From an archaeon (GTDB taxonomy: Archaea; Asgardarchaeota; Thorarchaeia; Thorarchaeales; Thorarchaeaceae): DNA of 64,000 nucleotides. The DNA is taken from contig JAJRWI010000009.1 in assembly GCA_024276825.1 (NCBI GenBank), positions 1 to 64,000 of the forward strand. Reading direction: 5' to 3'. The notes beneath the pieces are model-generated. The model was not told the origin of the DNA and did no database searches. It worked only from the letters and a program-made list of their open reading frames with translations. Below, one piece after another: positions 30,291 through 39,642 of the stretch (the first letter of the stretch is position 1; each line of letters opens with the position of its first letter). Made by a program: the position numbers and the translations under genes.

Positions 30291-30959
30291 TTATGTCCCC
30301 TCCTCTTCAGCATCCTGTGCCATTATGACAGGAACGGTGTCTTCTGATTTGTTTCCCGCCTTTGCTTTTTCAGAAGTGTCATCATCCCAGGTCGCTAAGC
30401 CATATACACCACTCTCAGGGTTCAAATGCTCAGCCTTCTCAAGCTTAAGGATTGCAAGTGAACCAATTAATGATGTGAGAATAATTATCGCGATAAACTG
30501 AACATATATTCCATGGTTACCCCAAAGCCATTGCGCAAGCCCTTCAAGGCTCTGAGCCAAGTCAACATTAACTGCAGGGATCTCAGTGGGCCAAGTGAAT
30601 AAAAAGACCAGACTCCCGCTCAAGATTATTACAAATATTGAAAGAACAATTCCTAATCGCTTCTTTCTGATTGTCTCAAAGCGCTCGCGCGTTGTGTCAT
30701 GAAAGATGGGAAGTAGTAATACTCCAAAGATTATCAGCACACTGATGCCTCCAGTGTAGACAGCAATCTGCATACCTGCAACAAAGGGGGCTTCAAGCAA
30801 TAGGAAAAAGCCTGCTACAAAGGAGGCCATTATTCCAAAGAAGAACACTGCATAGACCAAGTCTTTGTGTTCAAGAGCCAGTATTGCAAGAACAAGCACA
30901 ATTCCTGCAATTAGAAGGAATTCAATATGTTCGAGTAGTGCTTCAATCTGCATAAGCAT
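30291..30959 (-). CDS. nuoJ: Complex I-like subunit J
   Basis: LEAPFVAGMQIAVYTGGISVLIIFGVLL. Confidence 0.88.
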   Translation of the reverse strand: MLMQIEALLEHIEFLLIAGIVLVLAILALEHKDLVYAVFFFGIMASFVAGFFLLLEAPFVAGMQIAVYTGGISVLIIFGVLLLPIFHDTTRERFETIRKKRLGIVLSIFVIILSGSLVFLFTWPTEIPAVNVDLAQSLEGLAQWLWGNHGIYVQFIAIIILTSLIGSLAILKLEKAEHLNPESGVYGLATWDDDTSEKAKAGNKSEDTVPVIMAQDAEEEGT

Positions 30960-31393
30960 TAATGGTGAACCTCCTTTGTTTCATGCTTGGTTTTTGCCTC
31001 CCGATACAGCTTGAGGGTCTCCTCGCCAGACAGGAAGGTTTGCGGCAGAATCTTTACAGCAAACATGATTCCTGCCATTATGAACAGAGCAAAGAAAAGG
31101 ACCTGCCAGACAACCATCTTATCAAGTCGTAGTGCAGATACTGAGAACAACCAAAGAAAGGCGCCCATTACATCTACAACTAGAAACAAGATGGAATAGA
31201 CTATGTAATTATAGGGATATGAGACTCTTGCTGGACCAATTGGCTCTTCACCGCATTCATAGGTCGAGGTCTTCTCAGAGTTCTGCAACACATGGGGACG
31301 TAGCACCCATGAAGCAAGCAGCATAACAATAACCAGAACAACTGCAAGTATTGCCCATACCAGCACGGGGATGAAGTCCAGGAACAATCTCAT
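30959..31393 (-). CDS. nuoA: Complex I-like subunit A
   Basis: EKTSTYECGEEP, ILFLVVDV; GGTGA SD upstream. Confidence 0.9.
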   Translation of the reverse strand: MRLFLDFIPVLVWAILAVVLVIVMLLASWVLRPHVLQNSEKTSTYECGEEPIGPARVSYPYNYIVYSILFLVVDVMGAFLWLFSVSALRLDKMVVWQVLFFALFIMAGIMFAVKILPQTFLSGEETLKLYREAKTKHETKEVHH

Positions 31394-31407
31394 GCTATCA
31401 CCGTCCC

Positions 31408-31433
31408 CATGTTGATGTTATCAAATCAACATG
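31408..31433. promoter_or_regulatory. Perfect 9-bp inverted repeat upstream of nuoA (operator or leader hairpin)
   Basis: catgttgat-gttatcaa-atcaacatg between the SD and a TTTTTATC TATA-like element (about 31463-31470, minus strand). Confidence 0.5.
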
Positions 31434-31556
31434 TGAAGTAGGATTCTAGCCACAATTTCCATGATAAAAAGACTTCGCAAGCAAGGAGAAGATGTTATAT
31501 ATAGCTCATTTACGAATTCTGACATGTGTTGAAAGGAACAGAATGGTGAAAGATTC

Positions 31557-31922
31557 ATGGTCATGATCAAAATCACATGGACTTCATTGTATTATGTAGG
31601 GTTCATACTAGGACTATTCTTGGTCGCCACAAATCTCTGGGTCATTATCGACACAATTCCTGTTAATTATACGGTTCATTTCATTCTATTCATGAGCGGA
31701 ATTGGAATGGTAATCTCAACATTGCTTATTGTCAATTCAAGCAGCCGGTCGGGAAGATTATTATTGACGATTGCATCGGGGTCCTTGGCAGGAGTTCATG
31801 GATTTCTTGATGTGGTCTACTTTCCAACCCTTCCAGGATATTTCATGTTCATGTGGCTGGCTTTCGGAACATTGTTGACCCTCTCCTGCTACGATTGGCT
31901 GGCCAGAAAGCCATCTGCATAG
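31557..31922 (+). CDS. Hypothetical 4-TM membrane protein
   Basis: Four hydrophobic segments; TTATATAT box at about 31496. Confidence 0.65.
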   Translation: MVMIKITWTSLYYVGFILGLFLVATNLWVIIDTIPVNYTVHFILFMSGIGMVISTLLIVNSSSRSGRLLLTIASGSLAGVHGFLDVVYFPTLPGYFMFMWLAFGTLLTLSCYDWLARKPSA

Positions 31923-31926
31923 TTGT

Positions 31927-32451
31927 TCATGATGTGCTTTCTTCTGATTGGTCTCCTGCAGAAGGCACTGTTTCAGTTTTGGGTTTCTTTTCAGGTTCAG
32001 GCTCTGGCTCAGGCGCAGGCTTAGGGCCATAATGGAGAGCACTCACATCCATTATCCCAAGAGTCGTGGCCTGATCATAGCTGTGTCTCATGGAGAAACC
32101 CAAAGCAACAACAATTGCACTCCCAATACCCCAAGTTGTGAGAAACACCCCTCCAACAGGGTAGGAGATCACAAGGTATAATGCAGAGAGAAAGATTGCC
32201 AATGCGAGCATGTTGATCCTCAACTTCTTCCTCTTTGGTCTGAAATAGCCAATGAATAAAAACACAAGAAGCACAGGGATTATTATCAGTGATAGAAATC
32301 TCCCGCCGAGAGATGCGATGAAGTCAGCCTGCAAGAACTGGTTATAGAAGAAATTGAAGTAATATGCTGCAAAGAAGAGTATTCCAACCCACAATGTGCA
32401 GTATGGATCAGCATCCTCACGAAGTCTTGGTGTTCTTGACTCAGAACTCAT
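31927..32451 (-). CDS. Hypothetical 4-TM membrane protein with PE-rich tail, coupled to the FAD-NuoB fusion
   Basis: ATGA overlap with the upstream stop at 32448-32451; hydrophobic segments; PKPAPEPEPEPE. Confidence 0.65.
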   Translation of the reverse strand: MSSESRTPRLREDADPYCTLWVGILFFAAYYFNFFYNQFLQADFIASLGGRFLSLIIIPVLLVFLFIGYFRPKRKKLRINMLALAIFLSALYLVISYPVGGVFLTTWGIGSAIVVALGFSMRHSYDQATTLGIMDVSALHYGPKPAPEPEPEPEKKPKTETVPSAGDQSEESTS

Positions 32452-34388
32452 TTGATCAACCCCATTGCATCTTGGCTCTCGTGTTTGAGTTGCCAATGAG
32501 TAGTGCCTGCTCGAATCTTATTCTCTAGAATGATATGAGCACGAACAAAGTCAGATGGCTTGGGCGGGCAGCCAGGCAGATAGACATCAACAGGAACAAT
32601 TGACTCTGGAGAAGTGACCAAGGAATAGCCATCCCAGAAAAGGCCCCCACTTGCAGCACATTGACCGAAAGAGATGACGAACTTTGGTTCGGGCATCTGT
32701 TCATAGATGCGCCTGAGTCGTGGAGCCATCTTCTTAGTGAGTGATCCTGAGATCCACAAAACATCACATTGACGTGGACCAAAGAGAGGCAGCATTCCGA
32801 ACCGCTCAATGTCCCATCGTGATGCAACTGCTGCAGCACCATCGACCATGCAGCAGCCAAGTCCATATTGTACAGGCCAAGGACTGTGAGCTCTGCCCCA
32901 ACGAAGTATCCATTTAACAGGAGGCAAGTTCTGAAGCCATTTTAAGAATATTGGCGCGATCCTACCAAAGCCGTTTCTGAATAGGTCGAATCCCAACCAC
33001 ATGAAATACTTGCCAACCCGTAATATGAAAGGTAACCAGAAGGCAAAGATCTTGCCTGGATTTGATATCTCCTTTGGGTCATACTTTAGCTTTGCAGCGC
33101 GAATCTTTCCAAGGCGTCGCTTGCCAAAGTACTGCGGAGCATAGTTTGCGAACCAGATGCCTGTGGAATGTGGATGTCCACCATGACGCTGTGCAATCTT
33201 GAATATCACAAAGCTCTGAGACCAGCTTAGCATGAAAAAGTGTCTGCGTTCATCCTCGAGAAAATAGCCCATCATTGTCACGCCATTCTTAGAGGTCACA
33301 TAGCCATCGATCCCTGCTCTTGCAGATGCCTGCTCAAACTGAAAGTCATCAAGAATTGCCTCTAAGTTTTCTAGTGGGGCAAATGCTTGGCCGACCACTA
33401 ATGTTGGACCAGCCTTTTTGATCTTCATTGGATAGAAACGTTCATGCCACTCATGTTCAGCAACTTGATCATCATAAACAGTACCTTTGAGTTCTGCTGT
33501 GACCCTCTTCACTACTTCGATACCTTCCTCGATCTCTTCTTCAGGGCCATCATATGCCACCAGCATTACACAGTGATGTACTGGAAATGGAAATCGCTCT
33601 TTCTTATCCCATATTCGTTTCTTTAAGTCAACATATTTGCTCTCTTCGAACTTGATTGTATGTGGAAGAGGCCCCTCCTCAATTATCTTCTCTATTGCGA
33701 ACACCATTAGATAGTTCTCTGGAAAGCTTGCGACAATGGCCTTTATCTTTGTAAGTGGCTTTACTTTGAGTTTGATCTTAGTGATAATGCCAAGAATGCC
33801 CTCAGTGTCGCAGAACAGTTCGCGATCCTTGCTCTTCACAATTCTACCTGTTGGAATGACCACTTCAAACTCAAGCACATTTTCGTTGATATTCCCGTAC
33901 TTTAGGGAGCCGATGCCATCACCGCCTTGAGCAACCCAACCGCCAATAGTGGCAGCAAGTCCTGACGATGGGTAAGCACGCAGATCAAGTCCTTGCCTGT
34001 TCAACTCAAACTGAAGGTTTGCCCAGGAAATTCCTGGTTCTACAACAACAGTCAGGTTCTCTTTGTCAATCTCTATTATTGAGTCCATTCTACGCATGTC
34101 AACAATTATTCCACCTTTGCGTGGGATGGCACCGCCATATCCCGAGGTGCCTGCCCCGCGGGGGACAATTGGAATCTCTTCTTGATTGGCGAATTCATAG
34201 AGAGCCTTAATCTCTTCGGGTGTAGTGGGCTGAACAATGGCATCAGGTTTGTTGTTCATCAACCAGCCTACTTGTTTTGGCAGAGAACCGACATCCATCG
34301 AGTCGATGATGAGCTCATGTTTTTCAAGAATAACACGATCACCAAAGAGTTCTTTGAGCCTATCGACATGATGTTTTTTCAGTTTCAA
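32448..34388 (-). CDS. Fusion: GlcD/D-lactate dehydrogenase-family FAD oxidoreductase + NuoB
   Basis: N-terminal PRGAGTSGYGGA, VEPG, TIGGW, TEGILGIITK, DPKEISNPGK; C-terminal GLGCC, DIERFG, PRQCD, MPEPKFVISFGQCAASGG, PVDVYLPGCPP. TTG 34388 follows GGAG. Confidence 0.9.
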   Translation of the reverse strand: MKLKKHHVDRLKELFGDRVILEKHELIIDSMDVGSLPKQVGWLMNNKPDAIVQPTTPEEIKALYEFANQEEIPIVPRGAGTSGYGGAIPRKGGIIVDMRRMDSIIEIDKENLTVVVEPGISWANLQFELNRQGLDLRAYPSSGLAATIGGWVAQGGDGIGSLKYGNINENVLEFEVVIPTGRIVKSKDRELFCDTEGILGIITKIKLKVKPLTKIKAIVASFPENYLMVFAIEKIIEEGPLPHTIKFEESKYVDLKKRIWDKKERFPFPVHHCVMLVAYDGPEEEIEEGIEVVKRVTAELKGTVYDDQVAEHEWHERFYPMKIKKAGPTLVVGQAFAPLENLEAILDDFQFEQASARAGIDGYVTSKNGVTMMGYFLEDERRHFFMLSWSQSFVIFKIAQRHGGHPHSTGIWFANYAPQYFGKRRLGKIRAAKLKYDPKEISNPGKIFAFWLPFILRVGKYFMWLGFDLFRNGFGRIAPIFLKWLQNLPPVKWILRWGRAHSPWPVQYGLGCCMVDGAAAVASRWDIERFGMLPLFGPRQCDVLWISGSLTKKMAPRLRRIYEQMPEPKFVISFGQCAASGGLFWDGYSLVTSPESIVPVDVYLPGCPPKPSDFVRAHIILENKIRAGTTHWQLKHESQDAMGLIK

Positions 34389-34749
34389 TTGGCTTTCTCC
34401 TTTCAGTTCTGAGTGGTTGCCATCAATCTTAATGGAATAAAAAATGTTCCCATTCACAATTCAAGAGTAAATAATGGAGAATTATTGAACATTTTTTCAG
34501 ATCTATTCGTTGATTTGCATACATGGTCCAATGAAATAAGCATACTTCAAGCATCTGATTTGTTTCCTGATAAGAAGTCTTGATTAAGATCGCACCTGCC
34601 AAGAAGGAACAAAATAGTTCAGTGATTACAAAATGGCAATCAATTATTAATTATCTTTGACAGTGATTTGAATATCCTTATTTGGGAAAAGTATTAGTGG
34701 GAGGAAAAACGCCAAAGAGCCTAACTGGAAATTCATTGAGGTATCGATT

Positions 34750-35976
34750 ATGCGATTCTCAACTCTGAACAAGTTTGGTCTTCAAGACATTCCATTCACT
34801 TGCGCTCAATGCAGCTTTTGTCAGGTAGGCAATGGCGCATGTCCTACCTACAAGGTCAAACGAAGAAACAGCTATTCAGGCAAGGGAAAGATGGTTCTCA
34901 CTAGATCCTTGATGCAGGGCCGATTAAGTAAGAATGATGGTCTTGAAGGTCTACGCGATGCAATATTTGGCTGCACGCTTTGCGGCGGTTGCGAGGAGAT
35001 TTGCCAAGTGGACATTCCATTTGTTCAGATCTATCAACTCATGCGTGCAGAGTTTTTGAAGCGCGGCATGTGGCCAGAACAACTTGTGCCAATGCGTGAA
35101 ACCCTTGTTAAGGAGAGAAACATTCAAGGACAATGGAATGGCGACAGAGTTGAGGGTTGGTCATATTGGCATCCTGATGAGGATGAGTTATTAGAACATG
35201 TGGGCCGCAAAGCCAAGACTGCTTTCTATGTGGGCTGCACATCCTCGTTTAGGGGCATTCCAATTCAGGCCACCATAGCCACTACTCTTATTATGGAAAA
35301 GACAGGTGAGGATTACACCCTGCTTGGTGAGGAAGAGTGGTGTTGTGGGGCCCCATTAATCATGACTGGAGATTTCGACACAGCAAGGCAATTTGCAGAG
35401 CATAATATCGCAGCATATCAGGAGTTGGGTGTTGAGAAGATTGTGACCAACTGTCCAGGATGCTACAAGATGTGGGCACATGAATATCATGAGTTTCTTG
35501 AAATAGATGTTCCATTTGAGGTCCAATATGGTGCCCAGTATCTTGCTGAGCTCGTTGATGATAACAGGCTCACTGGACTCTCCAATCCACTAGATGTGTC
35601 AATCACTTTTCATGACGGATGTGATGCTGGCAGGAATTGTGGAATTTATGAAGAGCCTCGTAAGGTGCTCGAATATCTCCCAGGCGTTGAATTTGAAGAG
35701 CTTCCTCATAATAAGAACCGTTGCTATTGTTGTGGCTCTGGGGGTGTGCTTCGTCCAGTCGATGCAGACTTTGCAATCCAGATTAACAGACTCAAGGTCA
35801 AGGACATTGAACAGACAAATGCGGATTTGGTGATTTCTGCGTGCCCGTCATGTGTTGATTTCATGTATGACCAGTTGCCGCAAGCAAGCTCAAATCGAAT
35901 CAGCAAGGATCTTGCAGTCATAGTGGCTCAGGCACTTGGTCTCACATGGGATGGTCTAGAAGAAACTTATGGTTAG
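34750..35976 (+). CDS. HdrD/GlcF/GlpC-like Fe-S oxidoreductase (2x[4Fe-4S] + two CCG domains)
   Basis: CAQCSFC..CP, CTLCGGCEEIC, VGC..WCCG..CPGC, HDGC..CCG..CPSC. Confidence 0.9.
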   Translation: MRFSTLNKFGLQDIPFTCAQCSFCQVGNGACPTYKVKRRNSYSGKGKMVLTRSLMQGRLSKNDGLEGLRDAIFGCTLCGGCEEICQVDIPFVQIYQLMRAEFLKRGMWPEQLVPMRETLVKERNIQGQWNGDRVEGWSYWHPDEDELLEHVGRKAKTAFYVGCTSSFRGIPIQATIATTLIMEKTGEDYTLLGEEEWCCGAPLIMTGDFDTARQFAEHNIAAYQELGVEKIVTNCPGCYKMWAHEYHEFLEIDVPFEVQYGAQYLAELVDDNRLTGLSNPLDVSITFHDGCDAGRNCGIYEEPRKVLEYLPGVEFEELPHNKNRCYCCGSGGVLRPVDADFAIQINRLKVKDIEQTNADLVISACPSCVDFMYDQLPQASSNRISKDLAVIVAQALGLTWDGLEETYG

Positions 35977-37037
35977 ACTGGAACTCTTATTGATGCGATG
36001 TTTCGATATACAATGTATGTAATCACAATGACTATCAGAAGGTAGACTGCAAACAATTCAATGGATATTTCAAGACTAGTACAAATGTATGCACCAGACA
36101 TAATGAGTCCTGTGAATAGGTGAACCTGAATTGTTCCAACATAACTGGGAATCAATGCGACTGAATTTGAAAAGTTCTTCATCGTGTTACGGGTTGCAAG
36201 TATTGCTATAGGCAGAGTTACCAATGCAGATAGCGCATAGAACGGAATTAGAAACAGAACAACCAAGGCAAGTAATGATACATATACACCCATCATCAAT
36301 ACAGCGTATCCCTTTGCAGCTTTCTCGAGTCCAAGACGCACAACCAGAGTTTTCTTTCCAGCAGCTTTATCAGCATTATAATCTGGAAACTCGTTTATGT
36401 AAAGTATCGCAGTGATGAGAAGTGAAACTGGAATTGATGCTGAAATTGGCCACAGATCAATAGTCTGCGCTTGGACATAGTATGATCCCAAAGTCATCAA
36501 AATGCCAAAGTTCAATCCAATGAATATCTCACCGATACCACGGGAAACCAATTTGAATGGGGGTGCAGTATAGAAAAAGCCAGAGAGGGCCCCGATAATT
36601 CCAAGATATAAAATGGTAATGCCTCTCATCAATGTAAGGTAAAGGCCGATAATTCCACCACATGCGAAAAATACCAGAGACCCCGCTAATACCTCACGTG
36701 GTGATAGCCAGCCACGTTGAATCATTCTGGCGCCACCGCTGAATGGACTGATGAATTCTACATTAATATCATCTGTCCCACTCTTGTGATCAAAGTAGTC
36801 ATTTGAAACATTGGCACCAAAATGGAGAAACATTCCTGCTGTTAATGTCAATAGAAAGTAGTCAATCAAAAATACTCCAGAAACTGCCCATGCAACTGTG
36901 GTTCCAAGAATAATTGGTACAATAGTAGCTGTGAGAAATGGAAGTCGAAGCTCCATTAACCAAATTCGACCTTTTCCAAGTCGGTCTTGACTTGTTGTCC
37001 TATCGTTCATTATCATAAGGTGGCTTATCTTGACCAA
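35973..37037 (-). CDS. menA: 1,4-dihydroxy-2-naphthoate polyprenyltransferase
   Basis: LRLPFL, NVSNDYFDHKSGTD, YTAPP, RGIGE, INEFPDYNADKAAGKKTLVVRLG. Confidence 0.88.
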   Translation of the reverse strand: MVKISHLMIMNDRTTSQDRLGKGRIWLMELRLPFLTATIVPIILGTTVAWAVSGVFLIDYFLLTLTAGMFLHFGANVSNDYFDHKSGTDDINVEFISPFSGGARMIQRGWLSPREVLAGSLVFFACGGIIGLYLTLMRGITILYLGIIGALSGFFYTAPPFKLVSRGIGEIFIGLNFGILMTLGSYYVQAQTIDLWPISASIPVSLLITAILYINEFPDYNADKAAGKKTLVVRLGLEKAAKGYAVLMMGVYVSLLALVVLFLIPFYALSALVTLPIAILATRNTMKNFSNSVALIPSYVGTIQVHLFTGLIMSGAYICTSLEISIELFAVYLLIVIVITYIVYRNIASIRVPV

Positions 37038-37234
37038 TAAAAGGGTTTTGAATCATAATATTCAAATATTGAAATAATTCATATTTAAGATATGTTTCAA
37101 TGAGTCATATAGACAATGCCCACTCTGAGATATTGTGGCTGTTGCCCATCAACCATAGAATTATGAGATTCAAAACGTTTTAAGGTCAACATATCTTACA
37201 AAACATAACAAAATACATCGAGTTACATAACGAA

Positions 37235-38302
37235 GTGTTATCCATGAAGGAAGACATCTCTGAGCCAAGAACCGGACCTGAATCGCCAGTTGTATTTTAT
37301 GAGAGAGATAGACCTGTTGGCTTGGAGACAGAAGCGGCAGATACGCTTCTTAGTTATGAGCCTTTTAGAAAAAGAATTGAAATGGTCAATAGCGGGATAG
37401 AGGACATATTAAGCAGCAAAGCTGGTCATTCAGAAATACTCTACGAAGCCGCTGCATATCTTTTAAGAGCTGGAGGAAAACGGCTCAGACCGTTGTTAAC
37501 AATTCTCTCATGTGAAGCCACAGGTGGAACTGCAGAAAGCGCTCTTCCGTATGCAATTGCTACGGAATTCATACAGACAGCAAGCCTAATTCATGATGAT
37601 ATAATTGATGGTAGTGATAGAAGGAGGGGTGTACCTTCGGTCCACAAAAAATATGGATTGCGCGTGGCAATTCTTGCTGCGGACTTGTTAATTGCACTTT
37701 CAATTAAAATTGTCAGTGAGCGTGGTAAGCCTGAGGTCATAGTACATCTGGGAAAATGTGGTATCCAAATGGTCGAGGGTGAGGCCACCGATATGTTGAT
37801 TGATCTTGGCCGTATTGATATCGACAGTCAAAATCAATATTTCAAGATGATTGAGAGCAAGACTGTGTCATTTATCAGGGAAGTGGCAAGGCTCGGAGGA
37901 ATTGTCAGTGATGCCAGTGAGGATCATATTGAACAGTTGGGAAAATATGGCGAGCTAATTGGATATGCCTTCCAGATTCGAGATGACATTATAGACTTCA
38001 TTGATTCGAGCACAGGGAAAGTCACTCATATTGATCTCTTAAAGAAGCGTTATAACTATCCAATTATCCTTGCTCTTGAAACACTGTCAATTGAAGAGCG
38101 TAAAGCAATCATTGATGAAATAACTGAGGGGAACCTAGAATCAGCCGTTAATCTAATAGACAAAACTGATGCGTTGAGTAAGGCCAATGAAGTTGCAAGC
38201 GACTACATAGAACAAGCGAAAAAGCTGGTCGAGTTCTCCGATTTCAAACAGAAGCAGCTTTTGATGAAGCTGGCCGATTTCATCATAACTCGAAAACATT
38301 GA
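37235..38302 (+). CDS. trans-polyprenyl diphosphate synthase, probably long-chain
   Basis: GGKRLRP, ASLIHDDIID..RRG, KT, AFQIRDDIID. Confidence 0.9.
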   Translation: MLSMKEDISEPRTGPESPVVFYERDRPVGLETEAADTLLSYEPFRKRIEMVNSGIEDILSSKAGHSEILYEAAAYLLRAGGKRLRPLLTILSCEATGGTAESALPYAIATEFIQTASLIHDDIIDGSDRRRGVPSVHKKYGLRVAILAADLLIALSIKIVSERGKPEVIVHLGKCGIQMVEGEATDMLIDLGRIDIDSQNQYFKMIESKTVSFIREVARLGGIVSDASEDHIEQLGKYGELIGYAFQIRDDIIDFIDSSTGKVTHIDLLKKRYNYPIILALETLSIEERKAIIDEITEGNLESAVNLIDKTDALSKANEVASDYIEQAKKLVEFSDFKQKQLLMKLADFIITRKH

Positions 38303-38314
38303 ATGACTTCATTG

Positions 38315-39544
38315 TTATAGGAAGTATCTCAAGATTGAAACAAATGTCTTTGACGCCAGGTCAACAGCAATTGGCAGCCTACATCGGATAATATGTTTTA
38401 GAAAGCGTGGCCCTGCAAGTCGCATGCAGATGTCTGTCAGTGATTCGGAAGGCATTACCCGATCCGCAATATGGAGGATTCTCAATGCAGAATCGAGCTC
38501 ATTCCCGAACTCCACTCTCCACTGTTTCTCATATTCACTCAGCGGTGTCCCTTCAGACAGATATGAGATAATAGTGTCCGCAGCAATGTCTCCCCCAGCA
38601 AGTGCTGTAGGAATACCTCCGCCATTGGACGCCATCACATGACCAGCAGCATCACCAACAAGCAGAGTTGATTTGGAATATGTCTTCTTGAGAGGTCCAC
38701 CCATTGGTATCAAGGCACTGACTCTTGCCTTGATCTTTGCCTTCTTGCATCGTGGAGCGACCAGTGGATGCTTCTTTATCATTCTTTGTAAATATTTAAT
38801 GAGGGGCGCATTATCCCTCTGAAATTGCCTTCTTATTCCAAGACCAACATTTGCAACATTATCGCTCTTTGGGATTATCCATGCATAGCCACCTGGTGAA
38901 ATGTCGGATCCAAAATACATCTCTGTTACATCATCATCAAATTCACATCCCTCTAGCACGAACTGAATTGCAGGTGATATATCATTAGGATCATGTGTGA
39001 ATATATGACCAAGATATTTTGCAACCACTGACGTGGCGCCATCAGCCGCAACAACAACATATGAAGTGATCTCCATTGTTTCGCCGTTATTCTTCAAGAC
39101 CAGACGTGATTCATTATCCACCCTAATAACTCTAGAGCCTAGAAGAAGATCTGCTCCAAGATCAATTGCAGTCATTGCGAGCGATGAGTCAAAATCCGCG
39201 CGATTTAGAATATTGGCTCTTAATGAGAATTGAAACTCACTATTCTTGGGTGAAACCATCCTTAGAATATGGGTCTTGTTCTCTATAAATTGTGATGGCA
39301 CATTGACAAGTCTTGAAGCTCTTTTACATGATGGCAGCATATCAAGCATTTCATGGGATGTTGGAAGAAATTCGCCACATTGTACAGGGTTGCCAAGTTT
39401 AGTCCGTCTATCAATCAATGCAACTCTAAGGCCCGCCTTAGCAAGTTTCTGAGCACATGTGCTTCCTGCAGGGCCTGCACCTACAATTGTTACATCATAA
39501 TGTTGGGCCATTTTGTTCATCTCAAGTTCCATATGCGAATCCAT
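38315..39544 (-). CDS. Geranylgeranyl reductase family flavoprotein
   Basis: GAGPAG, PVQCGE, RADFD, AADG, PGGYAWIIPK, GDAAG..GGGI. Confidence 0.9.
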   Translation of the reverse strand: MDSHMELEMNKMAQHYDVTIVGAGPAGSTCAQKLAKAGLRVALIDRRTKLGNPVQCGEFLPTSHEMLDMLPSCKRASRLVNVPSQFIENKTHILRMVSPKNSEFQFSLRANILNRADFDSSLAMTAIDLGADLLLGSRVIRVDNESRLVLKNNGETMEITSYVVVAADGATSVVAKYLGHIFTHDPNDISPAIQFVLEGCEFDDDVTEMYFGSDISPGGYAWIIPKSDNVANVGLGIRRQFQRDNAPLIKYLQRMIKKHPLVAPRCKKAKIKARVSALIPMGGPLKKTYSKSTLLVGDAAGHVMASNGGGIPTALAGGDIAADTIISYLSEGTPLSEYEKQWRVEFGNELDSALRILHIADRVMPSESLTDICMRLAGPRFLKHIIRCRLPIAVDLASKTFVSILRYFL

Positions 39545-39642
39545 ATTCTGATTTGAAATTGATTCAACTCGGTGCTAAAGCCTTGATAGATTTGTTGATA
39601 ATTCCATTAAAGTAGTATACTTTAGTTCATCCCACAGTATAA

